From Candidatus Yanofskybacteria bacterium RIFCSPHIGHO2_01_FULL_44_24 (lineage in GTDB: Bacteria > Patescibacteriota > Minisyncoccia > 2-02-FULL-40-12 > GWA2-44-9), in contig MGJK01000015.1 in NCBI GenBank assembly GCA_001794215.1, forward strand, positions 23,684-87,683: a stretch of 64,000 bases of DNA, read 5' to 3'. Positions 38,403 to 48,440 of this stretch are shown here, piece by piece (the first letter of the stretch is position 1; each line of letters opens with the position of its first letter). The position numbers were made by a program, and so were the translations under genes. Below the pieces are notes generated by a model. That model did no database searches. It worked only from the letters and a program-made list of their open reading frames with translations, and had not been told where the DNA came from.

Positions 38403-39797
38403 CTATTTTATCGAAGCGGTTTTTTTTAACTTTTTGATACCCTGATCGATAGCTTTTTTAACCCCTCCCATTGTTGTACTTCTTATATTCTCTACCTGCC
38501 ACGGATCTACGTTCCGATCCTCCTTCAGAACGTTCTCAATTAACTTGCTGTTAAAATTAACTTCGCCTAATTTTAACTCCACGACCATGAAAACAATGAA
38601 ATTTTTAACTAACGTACCGTAGTCGGGGACGGGATCCTTCTCAATCTTATCGAAATAGGCCACTATCTTGTCGCTATTCACATTCAACTTTTCCAAGGCT
38701 TGCCTTAATTCAACCTTAAAATCATCATAGCTGATCAGTCCATGGTACCATTTTGAAAAAATACTGTCATCGGGTTTGTGGTTTTCCAGTATAGCGCTGA
38801 CGATCGAAGCTATGACTACCCTGCCGTCGTACTCTGAATAGCCGACATAGGGTTTTAATTCCATTTTGGGATATTTCTGATGCAGCATCTGAACGCTTGC
38901 TAAGGTCGTTTCCTGTGCCGAACCCTCCCTGAATATCTGCATCAGATGAGTCCTTCTTCCTTCTATAGCGGCCCTGCTCACGAAACTGCCAGGCTGAAGA
39001 GTGTGGTTCAATTCGTGGATAAAAGCATCTACGAAAGCGTTCATCTCCGTATCCGTCTTACCGCTGAAAGATCGCGGATTAAAGAACATGGCGGGCTGCC
39101 ATTTATCGGGCAGGGGAACTTGTTCATTGGTTGCGTTTATAAGCTCGATGTCTAACTCGCGCGCGTAAGCGCTGCTCGGCGAAATGCTGTGATTTTCAAA
39201 CACCACCGACGGAAAATCGAGATGCTGAATCAAGTCCTCTCTAACCGCTCTTGAGTCATGGACCATCAGGGGACCTAATATTAAGGATCTCATATTATCC
39301 CTGAGCATGGCAATATACCGGCGAAATTGATCCGAGTCCTTCCTTATCGCATCCAAAATCGCGTGGTCAAGATCAATGTGCTTATCGGCGTATTCCTTGG
39401 GCCGTACTTTAAAAACCTGGAGTTCCTCTTCTTTATCCTTGGCCGGGTTTGCAATAAGTATATCGTCTGACAATTCATCCAACTCCTTGTTTACTTTGTT
39501 TTCGAAAGATCCAAGCCAAATAATAAATTCGGGCTCCTCTCTTTTTAACCTTTCCTCGAAAGCTTTTAGTTTCTCTTCCGTCAGCCCGTTTTCGACTACG
39601 AACTGAGGGGCAGAATTTTCTCGTTGAGAAATTTTTAGCTGGTTTGCATAGCTCTCTCTCGTCGTACCCGGACCAAAAGTAAGAAAACCGGCCAAGGCCA
39701 TAGTCATTAGTTTTGAAGAAATTTTGCGACCAAACCTCTCCCACAAGCCTTTTTCGTCGGGAGCTTCCGCTGATCCAATTTTTTCCGGAGTTTTCAT
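38403..39797 (-). CDS. Hypothetical secreted/membrane-anchored protein
   Basis: 464 aa with an N-terminal signal anchor. Confidence 0.45.
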   Translation of the reverse strand: MKTPEKIGSAEAPDEKGLWERFGRKISSKLMTMALAGFLTFGPGTTRESYANQLKISQRENSAPQFVVENGLTEEKLKAFEERLKREEPEFIIWLGSFENKVNKELDELSDDILIANPAKDKEEELQVFKVRPKEYADKHIDLDHAILDAIRKDSDQFRRYIAMLRDNMRSLILGPLMVHDSRAVREDLIQHLDFPSVVFENHSISPSSAYARELDIELINATNEQVPLPDKWQPAMFFNPRSFSGKTDTEMNAFVDAFIHELNHTLQPGSFVSRAAIEGRRTHLMQIFREGSAQETTLASVQMLHQKYPKMELKPYVGYSEYDGRVVIASIVSAILENHKPDDSIFSKWYHGLISYDDFKVELRQALEKLNVNSDKIVAYFDKIEKDPVPDYGTLVKNFIVFMVVELKLGEVNFNSKLIENVLKEDRNVDPWQVENIRSTTMGGVKKAIDQGIKKLKKTASIK

Positions 39798-39805
39798 AAC
39801 ACCGC

Positions 39806-41260
39806 TTATTCTTTCGGCCTCATTAACGGGAAAAATACCGTTTCCCTTACCGGCTTATCCATTAAGAAAGCAAAAAATCTTTCTGACATTCCGAATCCCG
39901 CCGTCGGCGGCATTCCGTATTCTAAAGCCTCAACGTAATCCTCATCCAACCTCTGAGCTTCTCTGTCTCCTTTCTCCCTGAGCTTAGTCTGCTCGTTGAA
40001 TCGGTCTAATTGATCTTGGGGATCATTCAGTTCGGAGAAACCCTTGCCCAATTCCGTACCTCCGGCTACAACCTGAAAACGCTCTACGCGGTTAGAATCT
40101 TTCGGCCATCGCTTAGCTAAGGGCTCTATATCTACGGGAGGCAAAATAAGAAATCCGGGATTTATTAAATGAGGCCGGATCTTCTTTTTAAAAATAACGT
40201 CTATCAATCGGCCTCGGCCGATATGCTTTACGGTATCAATCTCCTCTTTTTTGGCATAATCTTTCAGCTGGGATTCCTTGGCCTCGGCCAAATCTATTCC
40301 CGTATGTTTCTGAAAGGCTTCATAGTAATCGACTCTCTCCCACTTCTGCGACCAGTCTACCTCTTTGCCCTGATAATTATGCTTAAAGCTTCCGAGGGTT
40401 TCGTTGACTATGTGCTTAAATAGTTTCTCGATAACCGGCATCAGCTTCTCATAATCAGTGTAAGCCCAATACATTTCCATCTGGGTATAATCCTGAAGGT
40501 GCTCTTTATCTATACCTTCATTTCTGAAAATTCTTCCGATCTCAAAAACCTTATCATAACCTCCTACGATTAACCGCTTCAGATTCAGCTCTAAAGAGAT
40601 GCGCAGATACAAATCGATATTAAGGGCATTAAGATGCGTGGCAAACGGTTCGGCGTCCGCTCCGCCCGGTATCCTTTCCAGCACCGGCGTCTCAACTTCA
40701 AGTCCTCCCTCTTTGAGAAGAAAATTCCTAACCGCCTGCCAAAATTGGGATTTTTTAACAAAAAGTTCCCGCTCTCCCGGATTCATTATCAAATCAAGAT
40801 ATCTTTTACGCAATCTCTCTTCGACATCCTGAAGCCCATGCCATTTTTCGGGCAAAGGCAGAAGGGCTTTTGCAAGGAGAACAAGGCTATCGGCATACAA
40901 AGTCTTTTCCATCTTCTTCGTATCTCTTAACTGTCCCTTGATTTCGATAAAATCACCGATATCGATAGCATCTTCAAATTCTTTATATTTTTCTTTACCG
41001 ATGCCATCTTGTTTTATATAAACCTGAATTTTGCCCGAGCCGTCGTTCAAATCAAGAAAAGTAGAGCCCCCATGCTCTCTTTTAGCCAGAATCCTCCCGG
41101 CTAAGACTATGACCTTATTCTCTTTCCACTCTTCATAATTCTTGAGCGCATCGGCAACGGAGAACTCACGGTTAGAGTCGGCCGGATACGGATCAACGCT
41201 GGATTTACGTAATTCCTTGATTTTGTCTATTTTTGCTTTTCGTATTTCTTCTATGGCCAT
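39806..41260 (-). CDS. lysS: Lysyl-tRNA synthetase (class II)
   Basis: N-terminal OB anticodon-binding domain plus class-II catalytic motifs. Confidence 0.95.
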   Translation of the reverse strand: MAIEEIRKAKIDKIKELRKSSVDPYPADSNREFSVADALKNYEEWKENKVIVLAGRILAKREHGGSTFLDLNDGSGKIQVYIKQDGIGKEKYKEFEDAIDIGDFIEIKGQLRDTKKMEKTLYADSLVLLAKALLPLPEKWHGLQDVEERLRKRYLDLIMNPGERELFVKKSQFWQAVRNFLLKEGGLEVETPVLERIPGGADAEPFATHLNALNIDLYLRISLELNLKRLIVGGYDKVFEIGRIFRNEGIDKEHLQDYTQMEMYWAYTDYEKLMPVIEKLFKHIVNETLGSFKHNYQGKEVDWSQKWERVDYYEAFQKHTGIDLAEAKESQLKDYAKKEEIDTVKHIGRGRLIDVIFKKKIRPHLINPGFLILPPVDIEPLAKRWPKDSNRVERFQVVAGGTELGKGFSELNDPQDQLDRFNEQTKLREKGDREAQRLDEDYVEALEYGMPPTAGFGMSERFFAFLMDKPVRETVFFPLMRPKE

Positions 41261-41396
41261 AATGCTTTAATGATACCAAAAACAGCTAAAAAAGCCATGA
41301 AATAGGCTTGTTGGAGTGTCTTGACAAATAGGTATAATGTATGCTATAATGTTAAGGTAGGGTAGACATTGGGCCCCAGGGCCCGGGAGAAGAACG

Positions 41397-41729
41397 ATGA
41401 ACCTTCGCAACAAGCTCGTAGTCGATCTTTCGTCGGCCGGATCGCCCAAGCTCGCCCGTCTGGAATACCCGAATGGCTGGGTCGGCGTTGAGACGATTCC
41501 GCAGGACATCCTCAAGGACTTTCGTCCGGCCGAGGCCGAGGCAGCCTACCGGGACGACTCTCGTCGAACCGACGAGAACCTCCGCTACGTCCAGTTCGGA
41601 CAGGCCTTCAAAGCCCCGAACGAACGCGGACAGGTGATCACCAAGACGGACAAGCGCGACGGGATGTGGATCCCGGCGTGGCTCCTGAAGGCCGCCGAGG
41701 AAGACAAGGCGGCTAAGAAGGCCGTCTAA
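41397..41729 (+). CDS. Hypothetical protein encoded in a GC-rich island
   Basis: 110 aa; RBS GGGAGAAG; upstream TTGACA-N18-TATAAT; downstream hairpin/terminator; about 60% GC. Confidence 0.45.
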   Translation: MNLRNKLVVDLSSAGSPKLARLEYPNGWVGVETIPQDILKDFRPAEAEAAYRDDSRRTDENLRYVQFGQAFKAPNERGQVITKTDKRDGMWIPAWLLKAAEEDKAAKKAV

Positions 41730-41745
41730 CACGCACCGCAACTAC

Positions 41746-41797
41746 CCGGTCCCGCTTCTTAACCGAAGCGGGACCGGCGAAAGCGGTGTCTTTTTGT
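41746..41797 (+). terminator. Intrinsic terminator-like hairpin
   Basis: ccggtcccgcttc-ttaacc-gaagcgggaccgg … TCTTTTTG. Confidence 0.45.
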
Positions 41798-41813
41798 TTA
41801 AACATCGAACGGA

Positions 41814-42040
41814 GCCTTAACCCGCAATGAAGGGATTTACGGAAAATCATAACGAAGCCTTGGCTTATGAGAGGATTTGCGGAAGCTGACCAAGCTCAGA
41901 GCGAGGGTTTAGCCGATGAAGGGATTTACGGAGCTCGACCGGAACGAGTAAAAGATGAAATTTCAGCAGAAATTTACATCGTGCCCTTCATTGGCTAAAC
42001 CCGAGTAAAAGTTTATGGCGTGCCCCGAACGGGTTAGGGC
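41814..42040. repeat. Iteron-like direct repeats (17-nt motif ATGARRGGATTTRCGGA in 3 copies, plus repeated CGAGTAAAAG and TAAACCCG words) with mini-ORFs MKGFTE…
   Basis: Direct reading of 41827-41843, 41867-41883 and 41916-41932. Confidence 0.6.
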
Positions 42041-42046
42041 GGAGCG

Positions 42047-42505
42047 CTATTTCACCTCTATAATCTTATACTCCGCCGTTCCCTTGGGCGTGAGAACTTT
42101 TACCGTATCTCCTTTTTTGTGGCCGAGAAAAGCGCTTCCAAGCGGAGATTCGTTTGAGATAAAGCCTTTCAGCGGATCCGACTCTGCGGCGCCGACAATG
42201 ACAAAATGCTGAGTTCCGTTTTTTGATTCAACAGTAACGCTCGAACCGACTTCAACCATTCCCTTGCCGGTACTGCCGGTGAATATCTTCGCATTTTCTA
42301 AGGTTTCTTTGATCTCTTCGATCCGGCCCTCGTTGACGGCCTGCGCTTCCTTAGCGCTGTCGAAAGCGGCATTTTCGGATATATCTCCCTCCTCTTTGGC
42401 CTCCTTGAGGCGCCGGGCAATATCCGGTCTTAAAACATTGAGCCTTTCCTCCAGCTCATTTTTTAATTTTTCCAAACCCTCTTTACTGAAATATTGGTTG
42501 TCCAC
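42047..42505 (-). CDS. greA: Transcription elongation factor GreA
   Basis: N-terminal coiled-coil plus C-terminal FKBP-like domain. Confidence 0.9.
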   Translation of the reverse strand: MDNQYFSKEGLEKLKNELEERLNVLRPDIARRLKEAKEEGDISENAAFDSAKEAQAVNEGRIEEIKETLENAKIFTGSTGKGMVEVGSSVTVESKNGTQHFVIVGAAESDPLKGFISNESPLGSAFLGHKKGDTVKVLTPKGTAEYKIIEVK

Positions 42506-42643
42506 TATTTAAGTGTAAAGCGTCAAGCGTGAAGCGTAGAATTATATTATTATACCGCCCCTACTCTCGCTCTATAATAATTAAAAGTTAACACATCTTA
42601 CCATGATCGTATCGTACCGACAAGTTAGCTCGCATATCAACCG

Positions 42644-44608
42644 TTAATTATCCTGCGTTTTTACCTTTTCATTTTGCATCCTTTCAAAATACCATTTTAA
42701 TACATTGTTAGCCACCCGAACAGCCAAGCCTTGATTGGAGGCGGACCCCTCGATTAAAACGGTTATTGCTATCTCCGGATTCTCAAGCGGTGCAAACGAA
42801 ACAAACAAGGAATTTATTGATCGACCCTTTACCACTTCGGCCGTTCCGGTTTTGGCGGCGGCTTTAACAGGTAAGCCGTTTAAAAGCTGGGCCGTTCCCG
42901 ATACGACCGCTTCTCTCATATCGTTTTTTATTTCATCTATAAATTCGCTTCTAAAAGGCAGTCTGCCTAATATCTGGATATTCATCGTTTCCAAAACATT
43001 TTTATTTTCATCTATAATTTTATCGACTATTCTCGGCTGATAGAAAGTCCCGCCGTTTGCAATCGCTGAGGTGTAGCTATTCAGCCACAACGGCGTAATC
43101 AGCAAATCTCCCTGGCCTATCGATACATTATAGGTATCGCCTAAATACCAGTTTTCTCCCCTATTGCTTAGCTTCCAGTCTGGCGTCGGTACGAATCCGG
43201 CTTCTTCGCCGGGCAAATCAATACCCAAAACTGAGTCAGCGAAAGCCTTCCCGAGATAACCGGCTATTTTCTCAATGCCCAGACCCTTGATTTTGCCTAA
43301 CCCTCCGCCGACGGCGAAGAAATAGATATTACAGGAGTTAGCTATCGCCTTTTTTAGATTAAACGGCCCATATTCAACCCGCCAGTTACTAAAAGTGCGG
43401 GACAACTCCGGGTTGTAGGGATTTGGGACGGTCAGACTGATGCAATCCTGAATAGTATCTTTTGACGTCACCGTACCTTCTTCTAAGGCCGCAAGCCCCA
43501 TGAACGGCTTTATGGTCGACCCGGGGTTGTAAAGACCGCTTATAATTCTATTGAAAAGAGGCTTGGATGGATTTTCGAATAATCTTTTATAATCGTTGAC
43601 CGAGAGATCGTCATTAAACAGATTGTTGTCAAAACTCGGAAAACTCACTAACCCCAGCACCGCGCCGGTATTGGGATTTTGAATTACCGCCGCCGCCCTC
43701 GACAAATTCGTCTGTCTAAGAACTTCAAAGACCTCATCGTATAACTTTTTCTGAAGGCTGAAATCTATGGTGGTGATCAGGCTATTGCCTACATTCGGTT
43801 CATTGGCGGTGTTGTTGCCCGAGTCATCTTTTATAAAAAAGATATTCCCGTGTTCGCCCCTGAGATACTTCTCATACTGAGCCTCCAAACCGAGGCGTCC
43901 GATCGTATCCGTCGGGAAATAATAATCGTCCCAAAAATCATTTTTACTGACCTGGCCGGTATATCCCACGATCTGGGAAAATTTGTGGCCGTCGACATAC
44001 TGCCTTTTGGTGTTTGAGATGATATAAAATCCTCCCGGATTAAGATATTTTATGGCTAAAGCCTGATCCTTCTCTAAGCCCTTGGCGGCAAAAAACATCG
44101 ATTCTTTTTTAGAACTTTCTGCTATCAAAGCCGCCAAAGAATCTCCGGGCAAGTTCAGGATCTGGGCGACCTTTGAAATGGTTTCGCCGGTATCGTCGGC
44201 ATCCCCTTTCAATTCGCGAGAAACAACTAAAAGATCAAAGCTGGGTACATTTTTTGTCAGCGCCGCTCCGAAATGATCAAAAATAATACCTCTGGGAGGC
44301 GGGATGGCAAAATTAACGGACCGGTTTTTGAGGGCTAAATCCGAGAAATACTTGCCGTCGATAACTCCGATTTTAAAAACAAAAATAAAAACCGCTCCGA
44401 TCAACAAGGCAAAGCCGATAAATGATACCCTGAACACAGAGTCCTGGATGGGTCTTTCCATATCCGCATAGCCGCTGCCCGAGTCCATCAATGTTTCTTC
44501 GGGACCGGACAATTCTTCTTCGTCTACGGATATCCTGTATGTCTTCTTCAATTTAAGCATATATTCCGTACTTGGGTTTCGATCTTGTATATTTAAGAAG
44601 ACCGACAA
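42644..44608 (-). CDS. mrdA: Penicillin-binding protein 2 (peptidoglycan D,D-transpeptidase, elongasome)
   Basis: STIKPF (SxxK), SNC (SxN), KTGTAE (KTG); sits in the mreBCD-pbp2 gene order. Confidence 0.9.
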   Translation of the reverse strand: MSVFLNIQDRNPSTEYMLKLKKTYRISVDEEELSGPEETLMDSGSGYADMERPIQDSVFRVSFIGFALLIGAVFIFVFKIGVIDGKYFSDLALKNRSVNFAIPPPRGIIFDHFGAALTKNVPSFDLLVVSRELKGDADDTGETISKVAQILNLPGDSLAALIAESSKKESMFFAAKGLEKDQALAIKYLNPGGFYIISNTKRQYVDGHKFSQIVGYTGQVSKNDFWDDYYFPTDTIGRLGLEAQYEKYLRGEHGNIFFIKDDSGNNTANEPNVGNSLITTIDFSLQKKLYDEVFEVLRQTNLSRAAAVIQNPNTGAVLGLVSFPSFDNNLFNDDLSVNDYKRLFENPSKPLFNRIISGLYNPGSTIKPFMGLAALEEGTVTSKDTIQDCISLTVPNPYNPELSRTFSNWRVEYGPFNLKKAIANSCNIYFFAVGGGLGKIKGLGIEKIAGYLGKAFADSVLGIDLPGEEAGFVPTPDWKLSNRGENWYLGDTYNVSIGQGDLLITPLWLNSYTSAIANGGTFYQPRIVDKIIDENKNVLETMNIQILGRLPFRSEFIDEIKNDMREAVVSGTAQLLNGLPVKAAAKTGTAEVVKGRSINSLFVSFAPLENPEIAITVLIEGSASNQGLAVRVANNVLKWYFERMQNEKVKTQDN

Positions 44609-45080
44609 CGATAAACGTCTGGATCAGCACAATTATCAGTATCTTATAATTATAAAAATGAAGGCTCCGGGCGTACTCAAGCCCCTCGCCGTGAATAAAT
44701 CTTGCCGCCATAAAAGACAAAGTCTGAAAAATATAAACGAGCCCCGCTACAAGCAAAGTCTCGGGAACTAATCTAAGAATGCCGTCCTGAAAGCGGTATT
44801 GAGCCGATTTTAAACTCAAAAACTTATCCATGCCGAAATATATCAGGGCAACTCCCAAAAATGGCAGTATCAGCGTACCGGTATTAAAACCGCCGATTAA
44901 TTCAGCCGCACCGGAAAATAAAAACCCGGCCAGGAGCATGGAATTATAATCGGCCGTTACGGCAATGGCAACCAGAAGCACGGGAACAATGAGAGTTTCT
45001 TTTGTTCCCGAGAGAGGAAAAAAAACAAAATAATCTGTCAGCAGAGCAAATAAAAATAACAAAATCAGTTTGTAGTTCAT
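44553..45080 (-). CDS. mreD: Rod shape-determining protein MreD-like membrane protein
   Basis: Polytopic 175-aa protein between mreC and pbp2. Confidence 0.5.
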   Translation of the reverse strand: MNYKLILLFLFALLTDYFVFFPLSGTKETLIVPVLLVAIAVTADYNSMLLAGFLFSGAAELIGGFNTGTLILPFLGVALIYFGMDKFLSLKSAQYRFQDGILRLVPETLLVAGLVYIFQTLSFMAARFIHGEGLEYARSLHFYNYKILIIVLIQTFIVVGLLKYTRSKPKYGIYA

Positions 45081-45874
45081 CGAGATGATTTTATAACAAG
45101 TACTCGGCCCAAGTTAATACCGTCTATGGCCGGTTTCAGTTTAACCTTCTTGAATAAACTGACCGGATCAGCTTCAACATAATTAACCGTACCCAAAATC
45201 AGGGCCGGAGGCACAAGATCGCTTCCGTTGGTTACGATAACATCTCCTTCCTTAATATCGTCATCATGGTTTACAAAATCGAGGTAAATACCCTCAGATA
45301 ATCCTCCTCGAGCCATAGCTGATATATCGGATCCCAAGACTTTTACCGTTACTTTGAAATCCGGATTAGTAACTAAGCCTACTTCGGAGTAAGTCTTAAA
45401 AATTTTGCCTATCTGGCCGATAAATACTCCCGTTTCAGAAATTACAATATCTCCGGTTGAAACGTTTTCGGCTGAACCTCTATTCAATAGCATCCTATAG
45501 CCCTGTTGAGAAAAATTGGACCCAAAAACGCCTCCCTCGATAACGATAAACTCCGAGGTAAGGCCCAACCCCAAGGCCTTTTTTAGGAATTCGTTCTCTT
45601 CCCTGAAATCTTCGTGCCGAGCCAATTGATAGGTCAACTCGGTATTTTGATTTTTTAGTTCAATATTGTGGCTGATTAAATTTTTAAAATAAACCAGTTC
45701 CGAAAAAAATAATCTGACATCCGAGAGTTCGGCAACGGCAAAATTAGCCGGCCGCTTAACTGTTCCCATAATCAAGCTGCCGATCATGCCCTTGGTAAAA
45801 TAGAAATTAAAAAAAACGAGCAGCACAGCCGCCGCCATCATTCCTAAGATTAGCTTGAGGGGAGATCGGGACAA
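45077..45874 (-). CDS. mreC: Rod shape-determining protein MreC
   Basis: N-terminal TM, coiled-coil, then beta-rich domains; synteny. Confidence 0.75.
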   Translation of the reverse strand: MSRSPLKLILGMMAAAVLLVFFNFYFTKGMIGSLIMGTVKRPANFAVAELSDVRLFFSELVYFKNLISHNIELKNQNTELTYQLARHEDFREENEFLKKALGLGLTSEFIVIEGGVFGSNFSQQGYRMLLNRGSAENVSTGDIVISETGVFIGQIGKIFKTYSEVGLVTNPDFKVTVKVLGSDISAMARGGLSEGIYLDFVNHDDDIKEGDVIVTNGSDLVPPALILGTVNYVEADPVSLFKKVKLKPAIDGINLGRVLVIKSSR

Positions 45875-45876
45875 GT

Positions 45877-45938
45877 CCTAATTGATTTAATTAATCTAAT
45901 TGATCTAATTAGACTAAAATTTTAGGTTAATTATAAAT
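45877..45938. repeat. AT-rich repeated words (ctaattgat / ctaattaga) in the mreB-mreC intergenic region
   Basis: Direct reading. Confidence 0.5.
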
Positions 45939-45941
45939 TTC

Positions 45942-46991
45942 CTAAAGGTATCCTTCTCTGTTAGTCGAAACAAGTACAGACTTCAGCTGATCGACATTTT
46001 CCAAAACAAGCCCGCAGCCCCGCGCTACGGCCGTAAGAGGATCCTCGACGATTTTTACAAAAAGTTTCGTCTCCCGAGCTATGGCCTTATCGATTCCTTT
46101 CAAAAGCGCTCCTCCACCAGCTAAAAATATGTGCCTGTTTATCAGGTCGGCGGTCAGCTCAGGAGGAGTCTCCTCGATAGTATTTTTCACAGCCATGACA
46201 ATACTCCGAGTGGATCTGTGCAGAGCCTCTCTCAGTTCTTCTGAGCTGATAGTCAATTCCTTCGGCAAACCGGAAACTAAATCTCTACCTCTAACCCGGC
46301 CCTCCAATTCGTCTTCAAGTTCGTAAGCTGAACCGAGGTGCATCTTCAGCGTTTCAGCAGTGGCCTCGCCAATTAAAAGATTCTTTTCTTCTCTCATATA
46401 GCGTATCAGGTCTTCATTCAATTTATCGCCGGCGATCCTTAAAGACCGGGAAGCAATCATTCCGCCCATTGAGATAACAGCCACCTCGGTTGTGCCTCCG
46501 CCAATATCAACTATGACATTAGCCACCGCTTCCTGAACGGGCAGTCTGGCTCCTATGGCTGCCGCCATAGGCTCTTCAATCAGATAAACCTCGCGGGCTC
46601 CTGCGCTGTAAGTCGCATCTTCTACTGCCCGCTTCTCTACTTCTGTAACTCCTGAAGGTATTCCTATGACAACTCGCGGACGCGGAACCAAAGAATAGCT
46701 TTCCTGATGCACTTTATCGATAAAATACTTGAGCATCTGCTCGGTAACTTCAAAATCAGAAACTACGCCCGAAACCAGTGGACGAGAAACCATGATATGC
46801 CCGGGAGTGCGACCGACCATCGTTCGAGCCTCCGTCCCGATTGCAAGAATTTTGCCGGTTTTCTGGTTAACCGCGACAATAGATGGCTCGTTGATGACAA
46901 TCCCCTTTCCCCGAACATAAACCAAGGTATTGGCCGTACCTAAATCTATACCTATATCTTTTGACCAAAAACCGAATATTTTATTGAACAT
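45942..46991 (-). CDS. mreB: Rod shape-determining actin homologue MreB
   Basis: DLGTANT, GIVINEPS, DIGGGTT. Confidence 0.95.
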   Translation of the reverse strand: MFNKIFGFWSKDIGIDLGTANTLVYVRGKGIVINEPSIVAVNQKTGKILAIGTEARTMVGRTPGHIMVSRPLVSGVVSDFEVTEQMLKYFIDKVHQESYSLVPRPRVVIGIPSGVTEVEKRAVEDATYSAGAREVYLIEEPMAAAIGARLPVQEAVANVIVDIGGGTTEVAVISMGGMIASRSLRIAGDKLNEDLIRYMREEKNLLIGEATAETLKMHLGSAYELEDELEGRVRGRDLVSGLPKELTISSEELREALHRSTRSIVMAVKNTIEETPPELTADLINRHIFLAGGGALLKGIDKAIARETKLFVKIVEDPLTAVARGCGLVLENVDQLKSVLVSTNREGYL

Positions 46992-47094
46992 GAACGGGCA
47001 GCGAGGAGGATATTAAGTAAGACTCATAATTTGGTTATAGGATAGCAAAATCCTTATCAACAAGCAAAACACTGAAAACAAAAAAACCTCGCCT

Positions 47095-47130
47095 AAATTT
47101 GACACTACGTAATAACAATATGTCAAATTT
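47095..47130. promoter_or_regulatory. Perfect 10-bp inverted repeat carrying face-to-face TTGACA hexamers (candidate operator upstream of mreB)
   Basis: aaatttgaca-N16-tgtcaaattt. Confidence 0.3.
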
Positions 47131-47192
47131 AGACAGTTAGAACAGAGACTCCCCCGACGAAGATGATATACTTTATTCTTTAGAGCGAGGTT

Positions 47193-48440
47193 TCAAGGCA
47201 ATTGAGAAAGCAAATCCTTAAGAGACGCAAAAGCAACCTCTTTTTTATTCCTCATTTTAATTTCAACTTGGTCTTTCTCGAGAGTCCTCTTGCTTACGAC
47301 TAACCGGACAGGACAGCCTAATAAGTCCGCATCAGCAAACTTTTCCCCGGCTGTTTTATCTTGTCTGTCGTCATATAGCACATCGATCCCTTTTTTACTC
47401 AAGTCTTCGTAGATTTTATTTGCCACTTCTTGCTCCTTGCTTCTTGCTCCTTGCTCATCAAGCAAAACAAGATGCACCCTGTAGGGCGCGATCGTTTCCG
47501 GCCAGATAATCCCCCGCTCATCATTAGAAACCTCTACTGCGGTAGCCATTAACCGACCGGGGCCTATTCCGTAGGAAGCCATGATAACCGGCTTTTTGGC
47601 GCCGGCCTCATCGGTAAAATCGAGCCCGAGAGCAGAAGAAAACTTAGTACCTAACTTAAAGATATTGCCAACTTCTATAGATTTTTCTTCCGTGAAGCCG
47701 TGTCCGCATTTAGGGCACTTACTGCCCCCCTCAGCATGAATTTCTTTATTCTCGGCATAACCGCATTCAGAACAAACATAAATCAAATCTTCTCCGACAT
47801 CAGCCAAAACCTGGAACTCATCTGAATATTTTGAGAAAAGACCGCCTGAAGCCGAAGTTCTGAGGGCTTTAACGCCGACTCTTTTGAAAATTTTATCATA
47901 AGCAACGGCAACCTCTTCGTAATATCGGTCGAGATCCTCCTGATCAGCATGGAAACTGTAGAGATCCTTCATCAAAAACTCACGGCCCCTTAACAATCCC
48001 GACTTAGCCCTTTCTTCTCTTCGAAACTTAGTTTGTATCTGATAAACGGCCTTGGGTAAATCCTTATAAGAACTGATAAAATGCTGAGCCGCGGCCGTAA
48101 GCGGTTCTTCGTGAGTAAATCCAAGGCCCAATTCTTTACCCGAAGAATCTTTAAATTGATACATCACTTCTTTAGCTCCGTCCCAGCGCTCGGTGGCTGA
48201 CCATATATCTTTGTTTTGAAATACCGACATAAACAACTCCTGTCCGCCTACGGCATTCATTTCTTCGCGGATTATATTATTAATCTTATCCAAGACCCGC
48301 CATCCTAAAGGCATATATTCGTAAACTCCGGCCATTACTTTTGAAATAAACCCTCCCCTGATCAAAAATTGGGCATTCTTTGACGCCTCATCCGCCGGCG
48401 CCTCTCTTAATGTTTTTGTAAAAAGTTTTGATAGTCTCAT
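47193..48440 (-). CDS. proS: Prolyl-tRNA synthetase (short form lacking the editing domain)
   Basis: Class-II motifs; C-terminal anticodon-binding domain with a zinc-binding CxxC…CxxC. Confidence 0.9.
   Translation of the reverse strand: MRLSKLFTKTLREAPADEASKNAQFLIRGGFISKVMAGVYEYMPLGWRVLDKINNIIREEMNAVGGQELFMSVFQNKDIWSATERWDGAKEVMYQFKDSSGKELGLGFTHEEPLTAAAQHFISSYKDLPKAVYQIQTKFRREERAKSGLLRGREFLMKDLYSFHADQEDLDRYYEEVAVAYDKIFKRVGVKALRTSASGGLFSKYSDEFQVLADVGEDLIYVCSECGYAENKEIHAEGGSKCPKCGHGFTEEKSIEVGNIFKLGTKFSSALGLDFTDEAGAKKPVIMASYGIGPGRLMATAVEVSNDERGIIWPETIAPYRVHLVLLDEQGARSKEQEVANKIYEDLSKKGIDVLYDDRQDKTAGEKFADADLLGCPVRLVVSKRTLEKDQVEIKMRNKKEVAFASLKDLLSQLP

Noticed and set aside
41267-41741. Minus-strand ORFs 41267..41515 and 41352..41741
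   Set aside because: They are antisense to the + strand ORF, which has a promoter, an RBS and a terminator. GC-rich DNA gives open antisense frames.
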